A stretch of DNA of 16,736 nt from a bacterium. Lineage in GTDB: Bacteria; Desulfobacterota; DSWW01. Of the stretch, positions 1-8,517 are shown piece by piece. The stretch lies in NCBI GenBank assembly GCA_040756235.1, contig JBFLZG010000036.1:1-16736 (forward strand), read 5' to 3'. The notes under the pieces were generated by a model. It was not told the origin of the DNA. It did not search any database and saw only the letters and a list, made by a program, of their open reading frames with translations. Numbering within the stretch: the first letter of the stretch is position 1; each line of letters opens with the position of its first letter. The translations under genes and the position numbers were made by a program.

Positions 1-84
1 CTCGTCACTGCGGCGTACTGAAATGTACGCCTCATTCCTCGGGATTTCGCGCGCCTTGCATCTGGGCATTTTTGAACAGGCTCT
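1..84. repeat. Right-hand part of a probable non-coding interspersed repeat/MITE-like element, truncated by the window edge
   Basis: Contains a small hairpin GCGTAC-TGAAAT-GTACGC (13-30) and ends in TTTTTGAACAGGCTCT (reverse complement AGAGCCTGTTCAAAAA), which resembles IS terminal repeats. The text resembles a repeat I recall from deltaproteobacterial genomes; this is from memory and was not searched. Confidence 0.5.
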
Positions 85-224
85 CGAACTGGGGCTTGTG
101 GGACAAGCTATAACTACCTTGAGGAACCTCAATCCAGGAGATCATTCCCCAGTGGCACCTTCGATATTCGTTCGTTTGGATCGAATTCCTGTAGAATCAT
201 GCTGCGGCCGATGAAGAGGTCTCC

Positions 225-572
225 ATGGCGAAAAACAGAAGGGAAATCGAAAGTCTGGCTGACTTCGAGAAGCCAGCGAAGGCGCAGGCGGCCGATCCGC
301 TGTACGTGCTGCGCTTGTACGTCGCGGGGATCAATCCGCGATCGTCGGCGGCCATCCGGTCGATCACCGAGATTTGCGAGGACCATCTCAAGGGCCGATA
401 CGAGCTCGAGATCATCGACATCTACAAGCAGCCGGCGCTGGCCAAGGGGGAACAGATCATTGCCGCCCCGACACTGATCAAGAAACTGCCGGAGCCGTTA
501 CGTCGGTTCATCGGCAATCTCGCGGACAAAGAGAGAATCCTGGTGGGCCTGGACCTGCGAACCAAGAATTAG
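225..572 (+). CDS. kaiB: KaiB-family (circadian clock KaiB-like, thioredoxin-like fold) protein, 115 aa
   Basis: Sequence YVLRLYVAG..PRS..AI..I..ICE..L.GRYELEIIDIYKQP.LA..EQIIAAPTLIKKLPEPLRRFIGNL...ERILVGLDL matches the KaiB consensus. GAGG ribosome-binding site upstream of the ATG. Confidence 0.95.
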   Translation: MAKNRREIESLADFEKPAKAQAADPLYVLRLYVAGINPRSSAAIRSITEICEDHLKGRYELEIIDIYKQPALAKGEQIIAAPTLIKKLPEPLRRFIGNLADKERILVGLDLRTKN

Positions 573-583
573 AGGCCACGCGC

Positions 584-2872
584 ATGCCGACCGAGAAGAA
601 GCCTGCCAAACGGGAAAAGAGGCTGCTGCAGCAGATCGATGAATTGCAGCTCCGCCTGGCGGAGGCCGAGGAGACGTTGCGCGCCATCCGCGAGGGGGAG
701 GTGGATGCGGTCATCGTCTCCGGCACCAAGGGAGAGCAGGTCTTCTCCCTGGTCGGCACGGACTCCATCTACCGCCTGATCGTCGAGACGATGAAGGAGG
801 CGGCATTCACCGTCACGTTGGACGGCACGATCCTGTTTTGCAACACCCGGTTCGGCGAGTTCGTCAAGCGGCCGCTGGAGCAGGTTGTCGGACACCGTCT
901 CCAGGAGTTTGTCGCCGGAGACAACCGGGGCTCGGCGTCTTCCCTGCTCATCTCCGTCCAGCAGCAGCCCGTCAGGCAGCGGCTCGTTTTTCAGGCCACC
1001 GACGGTACGGCTGTGCCGGCGCATGTTTCCGCCAACGTGCTGAACCAGCCCGACGGCCTCAGCATCTGTGTCGTCGCCAGCGACTTGACCGAGCTGGAGA
1101 ATTCCACGGAGCTGATCCAGCAGCTGCGCCGCCAGCAGGAGGCGCTGCAGGCGGTCAACGAGGAGCTGGCGTCGACCGAGGAGGAGCTGCGCGCTCAGAA
1201 CGACGAGCTCACTACCTCGCGGACCGAGCTCGACCGGGCGCGAGCACGTTATCAGGACCTCTTTGAAGCAGCTCCGGACGGATACATCGTCACCGATGCC
1301 GAGGGAACGATTCAGGAAGTGAACCAGGCGGCGGCCCGACTCCTGGGGTCCCCGGCGGCCCATCTGAAAGGGAATCCGATCTCGGCCCTCCTGCCCGCGG
1401 CCCGGAAAGAGCGTTACTTGGAGCTCCTGGCCGCCCTGAACGCCGGAGCGACGCCGCTGCCCGACTGGGAGGTGGAAATCCGCCCGCTGGAAGGCCCGTG
1501 GTTCTGGGCGGCTGTTTCAGCCGCCGCATCCTGCGACGAGGAGGGCAGGATCGTCGGGCTGCGATGGCTCATCCGCGATGTCACCGAGCGCAAGCGCGTG
1601 GAGGAGGAGCGAGAGAGGCGGAGTGCCAACATGAATTCACTGCTCGCGGTCGGCCTGGATGTGCTCGCAGCCGAAAGCGTGCCCGACCTGTTGGACCGGG
1701 TGGCGGACGCGGCAAGGGTGATCACCCGGGCCCGATATGCGATATCCGGGTTCGGCTACGGAGCGGGTCGGCGAACATTCGGATTCACGTCCCTCTCCGG
1801 CTCCTATCCTCTCTCCGGTGCGGGATCCGACTTCAAGATCGAAGATAGCGGTTCCTACCTGGACCTGATCGGAGGCAGGTCTTCTCTGCGTCTGACCGGA
1901 GAAGAGCTGCGGGGGCACCCTCGCTGGGGGGCGCTTGTGGATGGAGACGGGCCGCATCGAGGGTTGCTGGGAGCTGTTCTGCTCGGGCGGGACGGGAAGG
2001 CCCAGGGCCTGATCCTGGTCAGGGACCGGCAGGACGGGGAGTTTACCGAGGAGGACGAGCTCATTCTTCGGCAGCTCGCCAACTTGTCATCCGTGGCAGT
2101 CCAGCACCTCCAGGCGAGGGAAGCTCTGGCGAAGTCCCGTGACGAGCTCGAGGTGAGGGTGCGGGAGAGAACCGCCGAGCTGGAGGTTTCCGCGAACAGG
2201 ATGAGAGATCTGTCGGCCAAGCTCCTGGCCATTCAGGAAGAGGAGCGAAGACGGATGGCGCTCGAGATCCATGATGGGCTCAGCTCCGTTCTGAGCGCTA
2301 CGAAGTACCGGGTCGATCGTATCCTGGCCGGTGAGGGAGACCGTCCCTCCTGGGAGGAAGTGGCGGCCCTGCTGCGGAGAACCGTCGAGGACTCCCGAAG
2401 GTTGCAGATGGCCCTTCGCCCCTCCGTGCTGGACGACCTCGGCATCCTCGTGGCCCTCAACTGGCTCACGCGGGAAACCGTACAGGCATACCCTCACCTG
2501 CAGGTGGAGAAGCGCTACGGAGTGGCGGAGACAGACATCCCGGAATCGTTGAAAACCATCATCTTCCGGGTCTCCCAGGAGGCGGTGAACAACATTGCGA
2601 AGCACAGCATGGCAAACCTCGTCAACCTCTCCTTGCAGAACGTCGGCGGCCGGATCGAGCTTTCCGTTCAGGACAACGGCCATGGCTTCGACCCGGAGGA
2701 GGCCTCCGCGCGCATGGAGAAGGGCCTGGGCTTGTTGAGCATGAGGGAACGAACGGAGCTGTCGGGCGGGTCCTTTCACATCGAATCCGCTGCAGGGAAA
2801 GGAACGACCATTCGCGCATCCTGGCCCGAAAATCCCGCAACGCCGCGGCAACCGGATCCGGGCCGGGTGTGA
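584..2872 (+). CDS. PAS-PAS-GAF sensor histidine kinase, HisKA_3 (NarX/UhpB-type) with HATPase_c domain, about 762 aa, soluble
   Basis: Start reassigned to ATG 584 (AGAGG RBS, 11 nt after the kaiB stop); the 374 start of the ORF track overlaps kaiB. Features: N-terminal LAEAEETLRAIREGEVDAVIV helix, two PAS domains (the second ends DVTERKR), a GAF-like region, H-box EEERRRMALEIHDGL (His codon 2270-2272), and N/G boxes QEAVNNIAKHS, VQDNGHGF, GLGLLSMRER, GKGT. No transmembrane segment is evident. Confidence 0.92.
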   Translation: MPTEKKPAKREKRLLQQIDELQLRLAEAEETLRAIREGEVDAVIVSGTKGEQVFSLVGTDSIYRLIVETMKEAAFTVTLDGTILFCNTRFGEFVKRPLEQVVGHRLQEFVAGDNRGSASSLLISVQQQPVRQRLVFQATDGTAVPAHVSANVLNQPDGLSICVVASDLTELENSTELIQQLRRQQEALQAVNEELASTEEELRAQNDELTTSRTELDRARARYQDLFEAAPDGYIVTDAEGTIQEVNQAAARLLGSPAAHLKGNPISALLPAARKERYLELLAALNAGATPLPDWEVEIRPLEGPWFWAAVSAAASCDEEGRIVGLRWLIRDVTERKRVEEERERRSANMNSLLAVGLDVLAAESVPDLLDRVADAARVITRARYAISGFGYGAGRRTFGFTSLSGSYPLSGAGSDFKIEDSGSYLDLIGGRSSLRLTGEELRGHPRWGALVDGDGPHRGLLGAVLLGRDGKAQGLILVRDRQDGEFTEEDELILRQLANLSSVAVQHLQAREALAKSRDELEVRVRERTAELEVSANRMRDLSAKLLAIQEEERRRMALEIHDGLSSVLSATKYRVDRILAGEGDRPSWEEVAALLRRTVEDSRRLQMALRPSVLDDLGILVALNWLTRETVQAYPHLQVEKRYGVAETDIPESLKTIIFRVSQEAVNNIAKHSMANLVNLSLQNVGGRIELSVQDNGHGFDPEEASARMEKGLGLLSMRERTELSGGSFHIESAAGKGTTIRASWPENPATPRQPDPGRV

Positions 2873-2961
2873 GCCCGGGAAGGCCTGACATCCCGTCGCA
2901 ACCCTCTCTGCCGGACCGGGACCGTTGCCCGTTGCCCGGGAGGACGAAAGGCAGGTGACGT

Positions 2962-5900
2962 GTGGACGTCGAGGACCCTGAGAATCCCGTGTCGGGCCAG
3001 CCGAACACGACAGCGGGCGAGGGACTGAGCCCGGATCCGAGCCGACCCGGGGAGCCATCGTCCGGGCCGGCCGGCCCTCATGCCGGCATCCCGGTCGTCG
3101 GTCTGGGAGGATCCGCCGGCGCACTGGCGTCGTTCGAGGCCTTCTTCGACTCCATGCCCGCCGACAGCGGGGCCGCCTTCGTGGTCGTCCAGCACATGTC
3201 GACCGCCCATGGGAGCCTGCTGCCCGAGCTCCTGGCCCAACATACGCGCATGCGCGTCGTGGAAGCCGCCGGCGGGATGCAGGTGGAACCCGACTGCGTG
3301 TACATCATTCCGCCCGCAAAGTATGTCGGCATCCGCAACGGAATCCTGTTCCTGGCAGAGCCAGCCCCCCGGCATGGCGCGCAGATGCCGGTCGACTTCT
3401 TCTTCCGCTGCCTGGCGGAGGACCGAGCAGAACGCGCGATCTGCGTTCTGTGTTCCGGGACCGGTACAGACGGCACCCTCGGAGCAAGGGCGGTCCGGGG
3501 GGCCGGCGGCATGGTCATCGCGCAGGATCCGCGGACGGCCCTGTTCGGCGACATGCCGCGCAGTGCCATGGCAGCGGGGCTCGTGGACCGCGTCCTTCCT
3601 GCGGAGCGGACGCCCGCGGCGGTCCTCAAGTATCTTCAGCACCCCTACGTCAAGGAACGGGAGCGCCTGGCGCCTCCTGAGGCTCGGGCCAAAGCCCCGG
3701 AGGTTCAGGACATCCTCGCCCTGGTGCTGGAACAGACGGGCTGCGATTTCCGCAGTTACAAGCCGCCCACGGTCCTGCGGCGCATCGGCCGGCGCATGGG
3801 ATTGCTGCACATCTCGGAAATATCCCGATACGTCGCCAGGCTGCAGCGTGACCCTGGGGAGGTCAAGCAGCTGGTGAGAGACCTTCTCATCAACGTCACG
3901 GCCTTTTTCCGCGAGCCGGAGGCGTTCGACGAGGTGCGCGACCTGGTCGTTGCGCCTCTGGTCCGCACAAGGCCCGCCAACGAGCCCTTGCGGGTCTGGG
4001 TGCCGGCTTGTGCGACCGGCGAGGAGGCATACTCCCTGGCCATTCTGCTGCTGGAGGAGCTTGCCAAGGCGAGCAAGAACTGCCCGTTGCAGGTGTTCGC
4101 GACGGACCTGGACGAAGAGGCGCTGGAAGTGGCCCGAGCCGGTTTCTACCCGGAGAACATCGCTGCCGACGTCGGTCCCGAGCGCCTGCTGAAGTTCTTC
4201 GTCCGAATAGGCAGGGGCTATCAGGTCCGGGATTCGCTGCGCCAGGCCCTGACCTTTGCCAAGCAGAACGTCCTCACCGATCCTCCCTTCTCCAAGATGG
4301 ATCTCATCAGTTGCCGCAATCTCCTGATCTACCTGGATGCGGACGCGCAGAGAAAGCTCATGGCGCTGTTCAATTTCGCCCTGAAGCCGGGCGGGCACCT
4401 CTTCCTCGGCAGGCCCGAGACGGTCGCCGGCCAGAACGACCTGTTCGAGACCGTCTCGAGGAAAACCAGGCTGTGCCGCCGCCTGACCCCGGCCCGTCCG
4501 CTCTTCCTGGATTCGCCGATCCTGCCGGGAAAGAGGAAGCCCATCCTGCCGGCGCCCGCGACGAACGCATCCGCGGCATCCAACTTCGCGGACGTGATTC
4601 GGTTGGAAATCCTGAGGCACTTCGGCGCCAGCGCCGTGCTGGTGGACCGGAAGGGAAAGATCCTTCAGTTCCATGGCCAGACCGAGAGATACCTGAACCT
4701 GCCGGCGCCGGGACCGGACTTCAACCTGTTCGAGCTGGCCAAGGAAAGGCTGTCTACCAAGCTGCGGCTGGCCGTGCACAGCGCCGTCCGGGATCGCAAA
4801 CCGGTGGTGCTGGAGGGTGTGCCGTTCACGCGCGACGCAGGCTCCGCCTTTGCCCGCCTTTCGGTGACCCCGGTCTTGCGGAAAGCCGAGTCGGAGCCGT
4901 TGATGGTGGTGATTTTCGAGGACGTTTCCAAGCCTGCGGAAGCTGAAGCCGAAGCGGTCCCCGTCCCGGAGGACGAAACGGCGGTCAAACGCCTGGAAGA
5001 TGAGCTGCGGGTGACTCAGCAGGACCTCCAGTCCACGATCGAGGAGCTGCAATCCTCCAACGAGAGGCTTCGAGTCGCCAATGAGGAAATCACTTCCACG
5101 AATGAAGAGCTCGAGTCCACGAACGAGGAGCTGATGACCTCGGCCGAGGAGCTGCAATCGAGCAACGAAGAGCTGACGGCCGTCATCAGCCAGCTGCAGG
5201 AGAAGATCCATCTGCTGGACAGGGCCAACAGCGACATGGCCAATCTGCTGAGGTCCTCGCAGATCGCCACGCTCTTTCTCGACAACGAATGGCGTATCCG
5301 GTTCTGCTCCCCGGCGATGACGCACGTACTCGGCATCACGAGCTCGGACATCGGCCGGCCTCTCTCCGAAACAGAAATGCGCCTCATCGGCTGCGACCTG
5401 GCCGCCGACCTGCGGGCGGTGGCCCGCAACGGTTCCATGATCGAGCGAGAGGTGCAGCACCTCGACGGCTCGTGTTACCTTATGCGCCTCATACCGTATT
5501 GCACGCAAGGGGACCGGACCGATGGCGTGGTCGTCAGCTTCGTGGACATCACGCAGCTCCGCCGGGCCGAAAGGATGGTCACGGCCATCGTGGAGTCGTC
5601 CGGCGACGCGATCTTCGCCAAGACGCCGGGCGGAGTCATCCTCACGTGGAACCGGGCGGCTGAACGGATGTACGGGTATTCGGCGCAGGAAGCCATCGGC
5701 AGGCATGTCTCCATGCTGGCTCCGGCCGATCGCGTGCGGGAGGTCACCGAGCTCCTGGAGAAGATCGAGCGCGGGGAAACCATCACGCTCCACGAGACGC
5801 GGCGTGTCCCCAAGCACGGCCGGGAGATCGATGTTTCTCTCAGCATCTCTCCGATCAAGGACGTCTCCGGTCAGGTCATCGGCGCCGCCACCATCGCTCG

Positions 5901-6339
5901 AGACATCAGCGAGCGCAAGCGCGCGGAGCAGGCCCTGCGCAAGAGCGAACAGAGGTTCCGCACCCTCGTGGAATCGTCGCCGAACGCCCTGGTGCTGGCG
6001 GCCGCGGACGGGACGATCACGCTCCTGAACCGGCAGGCGGAGGCCATGTTCGGGTACGGCCGCGACGAGCTGATCGGCCAGGCGGTCGAGGTGCTCATGC
6101 CGGAGCGGTTCCGCAAGCGCCATCGTTCCTCCAGGGCTGCGTTCACCACACGGCCGCAGCAGCGTCCGATGGGCGCCGGACGCGACCTCATCGCAGTGCG
6201 CAAGGACGGGTCGGAGTTTCCGGCAGAGATCGGCCTGACGCCCCTGGAGATGCCCGAGGGCTCGCTCACCCTGGCCACGATCATCGATATCACCGAGCGC
6301 ACGCGCCGAGGCGGGAAGCCGCCTGTCGAAGAGTCGTAG
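2962..6339 (+). CDS. CheB methylesterase / CheR methyltransferase fusion with coiled coil and multiple PAS domains; no output domain
   Basis: CheB triad motifs GGSAGA, VVQH, SGTGTDG. CheR motifs INVTAFFRE, VWVPACATGEEAYSLAI, ATDLD, DLISCRNLLIYLD, LKPGGHLFLG. NEEL heptad coiled coil at about 5010-5220, followed by PAS/PAC repeats ending DITQ, DISERKR and DITER. GTG start with AGGTG RBS. Confidence 0.93.
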   Translation: MDVEDPENPVSGQPNTTAGEGLSPDPSRPGEPSSGPAGPHAGIPVVGLGGSAGALASFEAFFDSMPADSGAAFVVVQHMSTAHGSLLPELLAQHTRMRVVEAAGGMQVEPDCVYIIPPAKYVGIRNGILFLAEPAPRHGAQMPVDFFFRCLAEDRAERAICVLCSGTGTDGTLGARAVRGAGGMVIAQDPRTALFGDMPRSAMAAGLVDRVLPAERTPAAVLKYLQHPYVKERERLAPPEARAKAPEVQDILALVLEQTGCDFRSYKPPTVLRRIGRRMGLLHISEISRYVARLQRDPGEVKQLVRDLLINVTAFFREPEAFDEVRDLVVAPLVRTRPANEPLRVWVPACATGEEAYSLAILLLEELAKASKNCPLQVFATDLDEEALEVARAGFYPENIAADVGPERLLKFFVRIGRGYQVRDSLRQALTFAKQNVLTDPPFSKMDLISCRNLLIYLDADAQRKLMALFNFALKPGGHLFLGRPETVAGQNDLFETVSRKTRLCRRLTPARPLFLDSPILPGKRKPILPAPATNASAASNFADVIRLEILRHFGASAVLVDRKGKILQFHGQTERYLNLPAPGPDFNLFELAKERLSTKLRLAVHSAVRDRKPVVLEGVPFTRDAGSAFARLSVTPVLRKAESEPLMVVIFEDVSKPAEAEAEAVPVPEDETAVKRLEDELRVTQQDLQSTIEELQSSNERLRVANEEITSTNEELESTNEELMTSAEELQSSNEELTAVISQLQEKIHLLDRANSDMANLLRSSQIATLFLDNEWRIRFCSPAMTHVLGITSSDIGRPLSETEMRLIGCDLAADLRAVARNGSMIEREVQHLDGSCYLMRLIPYCTQGDRTDGVVVSFVDITQLRRAERMVTAIVESSGDAIFAKTPGGVILTWNRAAERMYGYSAQEAIGRHVSMLAPADRVREVTELLEKIERGETITLHETRRVPKHGREIDVSLSISPIKDVSGQVIGAATIARDISERKRAEQALRKSEQRFRTLVESSPNALVLAAADGTITLLNRQAEAMFGYGRDELIGQAVEVLMPERFRKRHRSSRAAFTTRPQQRPMGAGRDLIAVRKDGSEFPAEIGLTPLEMPEGSLTLATIIDITERTRRGGKPPVEES

Positions 6340-6587
6340 CCGGGCAGGAGAACAGCCCTGCATCCTCCGAAACTCGCGAGCGAGTAGCGAGAATCCGAGT
6401 AGTTGAGGGGCGCTGCTTGCTGCGCGCCCGTCCCTGGATCCGGGTGGAGCGCACGATCTTGCTCGACCCTATCGCATGATGGGCTGCCGCGCGCTCCTGG
6501 TAACATGACATATGGCAAGATCTGGAGAGGAAAATTCGTCTCAGGGACAGGCAAGTTGGGCCATGGCCTTGCTCCCCGGGGGTTGCG

Positions 6588-7484
6588 TCACAGGCTCAGG
6601 ATCTTCTCCTTGACCATGTGCTCCACGACCCGCTCCACGGACGACCGGTCTCTGCACTGCCAAACCTTGCTCTCCTTCTTTTCCTGGAGATTTCCGGAGA
6701 TGATGCGCTGCAGCCGCGCCGCCGTGCTCATGCCGCTGACGGTCGAGCCCAGCGCGCTCCTCTTGGATGGTTTGGGCGGAGTGATTCTCTCCAGGCGGGT
6801 GAGAGAACCCGCGGCGCCCACCTGAGAGGCACCGAGACCAAGAGTCGCCAATTCCACGGAGCGGAGCGGAAGGGAGCGGGCCTTTCGTCGGTCAATGAAT
6901 TTGGGGTAGCGGAGGACCGGGCCCTTCTCGATGGTCAAGAGCGCCGGCAGGCCGCACGAAAGCTTGAGCGTATGCCCGGGTACCCTTCTGCTCACCAGGA
7001 GCTCGCGGATCCCCTGGCCGGGCAGGATCTCCCGGGCCGCCGCGACCAGGGGCAGGCCAAGCATCTCGGCAATCATGGGGCCAACCTGGCCGTGCTCGAG
7101 ATCGCCTCTGCGCGAGCCAGCCAGAATCAGGTCGGCAGGCTCGCCGCGGAGGGCCGTGGCCAGAACCACGGCCGTGGCATGGGGATCGGACTCCTCGACA
7201 GCCGGGTCCCAGATCCGGACGGCTTCGTCGGCTCCGACGGCGAGGCACTCGCGCAGGACCCTTTCCCAAGCGGGCGGGCCCATGGTGACGGCACGGACGC
7301 GGCTGCCTGGCATCCTCCCGCGAAGGCGCAACGCGGCCTCCAGGGCAAAAGTATCGGCAGGGTTCGGGATCCAGCGAAGAGAGGAAGCCCGAATGCTTTT
7401 CCCTCCGGGCTCGATCGCCACCGCGTTGAGGCAGTCGTGCACTGCGCTCACAAGCACGGCGATCTGAAGACCCTCGTGGTTCAC
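6588..7484 (-). CDS. etfB: Electron transfer flavoprotein beta subunit (EtfB/FixA family), about 298 aa
   Basis: Motifs NPADTFALEAALRL, VTMGPP, LRECLAVGADEA, DLILAG...GQVGPMIAEMLGLP and LPALLTI...LRYP. The GTG start at 7484 overlaps the etfA stop (GTGA coupling) and has a GGAG RBS; the 7751 start of the ORF track lies inside etfA. Confidence 0.88.
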   Translation of the reverse strand: MNHEGLQIAVLVSAVHDCLNAVAIEPGGKSIRASSLRWIPNPADTFALEAALRLRGRMPGSRVRAVTMGPPAWERVLRECLAVGADEAVRIWDPAVEESDPHATAVVLATALRGEPADLILAGSRRGDLEHGQVGPMIAEMLGLPLVAAAREILPGQGIRELLVSRRVPGHTLKLSCGLPALLTIEKGPVLRYPKFIDRRKARSLPLRSVELATLGLGASQVGAAGSLTRLERITPPKPSKRSALGSTVSGMSTAARLQRIISGNLQEKKESKVWQCRDRSSVERVVEHMVKEKILSL

Positions 7485-8494
7485 TGGAGCAACTCCCTGG
7501 ACGCGGCGCGCGTCTTTGCCTGTTTGAAGCTTTCGATCATCGCCGGCAGCACTTCTCGGACATCTCCGACGATGCCGAGGGTCGAGATCCGGAAGATGGG
7601 CGCCGTCGGATCCGTGTTGATCGCGACGATAGTCTGGGCGGACCTCATGCCCATGACGTGCTGGACGGCGCCGGAAATGCCGCAGGCGATGTAGAGCTCC
7701 GGGGAGACGAGCTTGCCAGTGACGCCGACCATGGATTCCCGGGGGCTCCACCTGGCATCGACCGCCATGCGCGAGGCGCCGACCGTTCCTCCGAGGAGCT
7801 CGGCCAGCTCTGCGAGGAACCGGAAATTCTCCCCGCTCATCATCCCCTTGCCGCCCGCCACGATGATCTCCGCGTCGGTCAGGTCGACTTGCGAGGGGAT
7901 CTCCTGGACCCGCTCAAGGACGCGGATCGGACTCGACCGGAAGGAAAAGGGGCCGGACAGGCGGTCCGGGGAGCAGGAAGGGCTCGGGCCCGGCTTCTCG
8001 ATGTCCATAACCTTCGAAGCAAGGATCACCATCTGCGGACCCCGCGCCTGGGCAGCGGCGAGCATGGAGGCGTGCGGGCGGTAGGCGGGGCGGGTCACCA
8101 CGAACCGGTCCCCATGCGCATGGAGATAGGTGGCTTCCGTGACCAAGCTCAGCCGAAGCCGGCTGGCCAGCCGGGGGGCCACTTCCCTGCCAACGACAGA
8201 GCTGCCGAACAGGAAAAGGTCTGGCCGCTCCTGTCGGAGGATCCCCTCGATGGAGAGGGCGAAGCTCTCGGTCGTGTCCCCCGCGAGCGCCTCGTGCTCG
8301 AGGAGGACCAGACGATCGGACCCGAAGCTGCGCAGTTCCTGGACGGTCCTCTCGGTCACCCGAGGGCCGAGGACCAGGGCCGTGGCGCGGCCTTTGACTT
8401 GTCTCGCCTGCCGGACGGCTTCCGAAAGGGCCTCGGCAGAGGACCTGAGGATCTTCTCGCCCGCAATCTCCACAAGCGCCCAGACCTCCAGCAC
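7481..8494 (-). CDS. etfA: Electron transfer flavoprotein alpha subunit (EtfA/FixB family), about 337 aa
   Basis: FAD-binding motifs DLTDAEIIVAGGKG, VGASRMAVD, VGVTGKLVSPELYIACGISGAVQHVMGM and IVAINTDPTAPIF. Start reassigned to GTG 8494 because AGGAGG lies 5 nt upstream. Confidence 0.93.
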   Translation of the reverse strand: MLEVWALVEIAGEKILRSSAEALSEAVRQARQVKGRATALVLGPRVTERTVQELRSFGSDRLVLLEHEALAGDTTESFALSIEGILRQERPDLFLFGSSVVGREVAPRLASRLRLSLVTEATYLHAHGDRFVVTRPAYRPHASMLAAAQARGPQMVILASKVMDIEKPGPSPSCSPDRLSGPFSFRSSPIRVLERVQEIPSQVDLTDAEIIVAGGKGMMSGENFRFLAELAELLGGTVGASRMAVDARWSPRESMVGVTGKLVSPELYIACGISGAVQHVMGMRSAQTIVAINTDPTAPIFRISTLGIVGDVREVLPAMIESFKQAKTRAASRELLQ

Positions 8495-8517
8495 GGATGC
8501 CTCCTGTCTTTCCGCTC

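Noticed and set aside
160..200. Sigma70 promoter for kaiB (TAGAAT at 191-196)
   Set aside because: There is no convincing -35 element at the proper spacing, so it cannot be supported from sequence alone.
374..583. N-terminal extension of the kinase ORF from 374
   Set aside because: It overlaps kaiB out of frame. ATG 584 has an RBS and begins the recognisable domain.
5010..5220. 21-nt periodic repeats as a CRISPR array or DNA tandem repeat
   Set aside because: The periodicity is degenerate and reflects the protein heptad coiled coil. There are no spacers or cas genes.
2776..6363. 1195-aa ORF on the - strand
   Set aside because: It is the antisense shadow of the CheBR gene, explained by GC-rich codon bias, and has no recognisable motifs.
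7485..7751. N-terminal extension of the etfB ORF
   Set aside because: It lies within etfA in another frame. The coupled GTG at 7484 is the better start.
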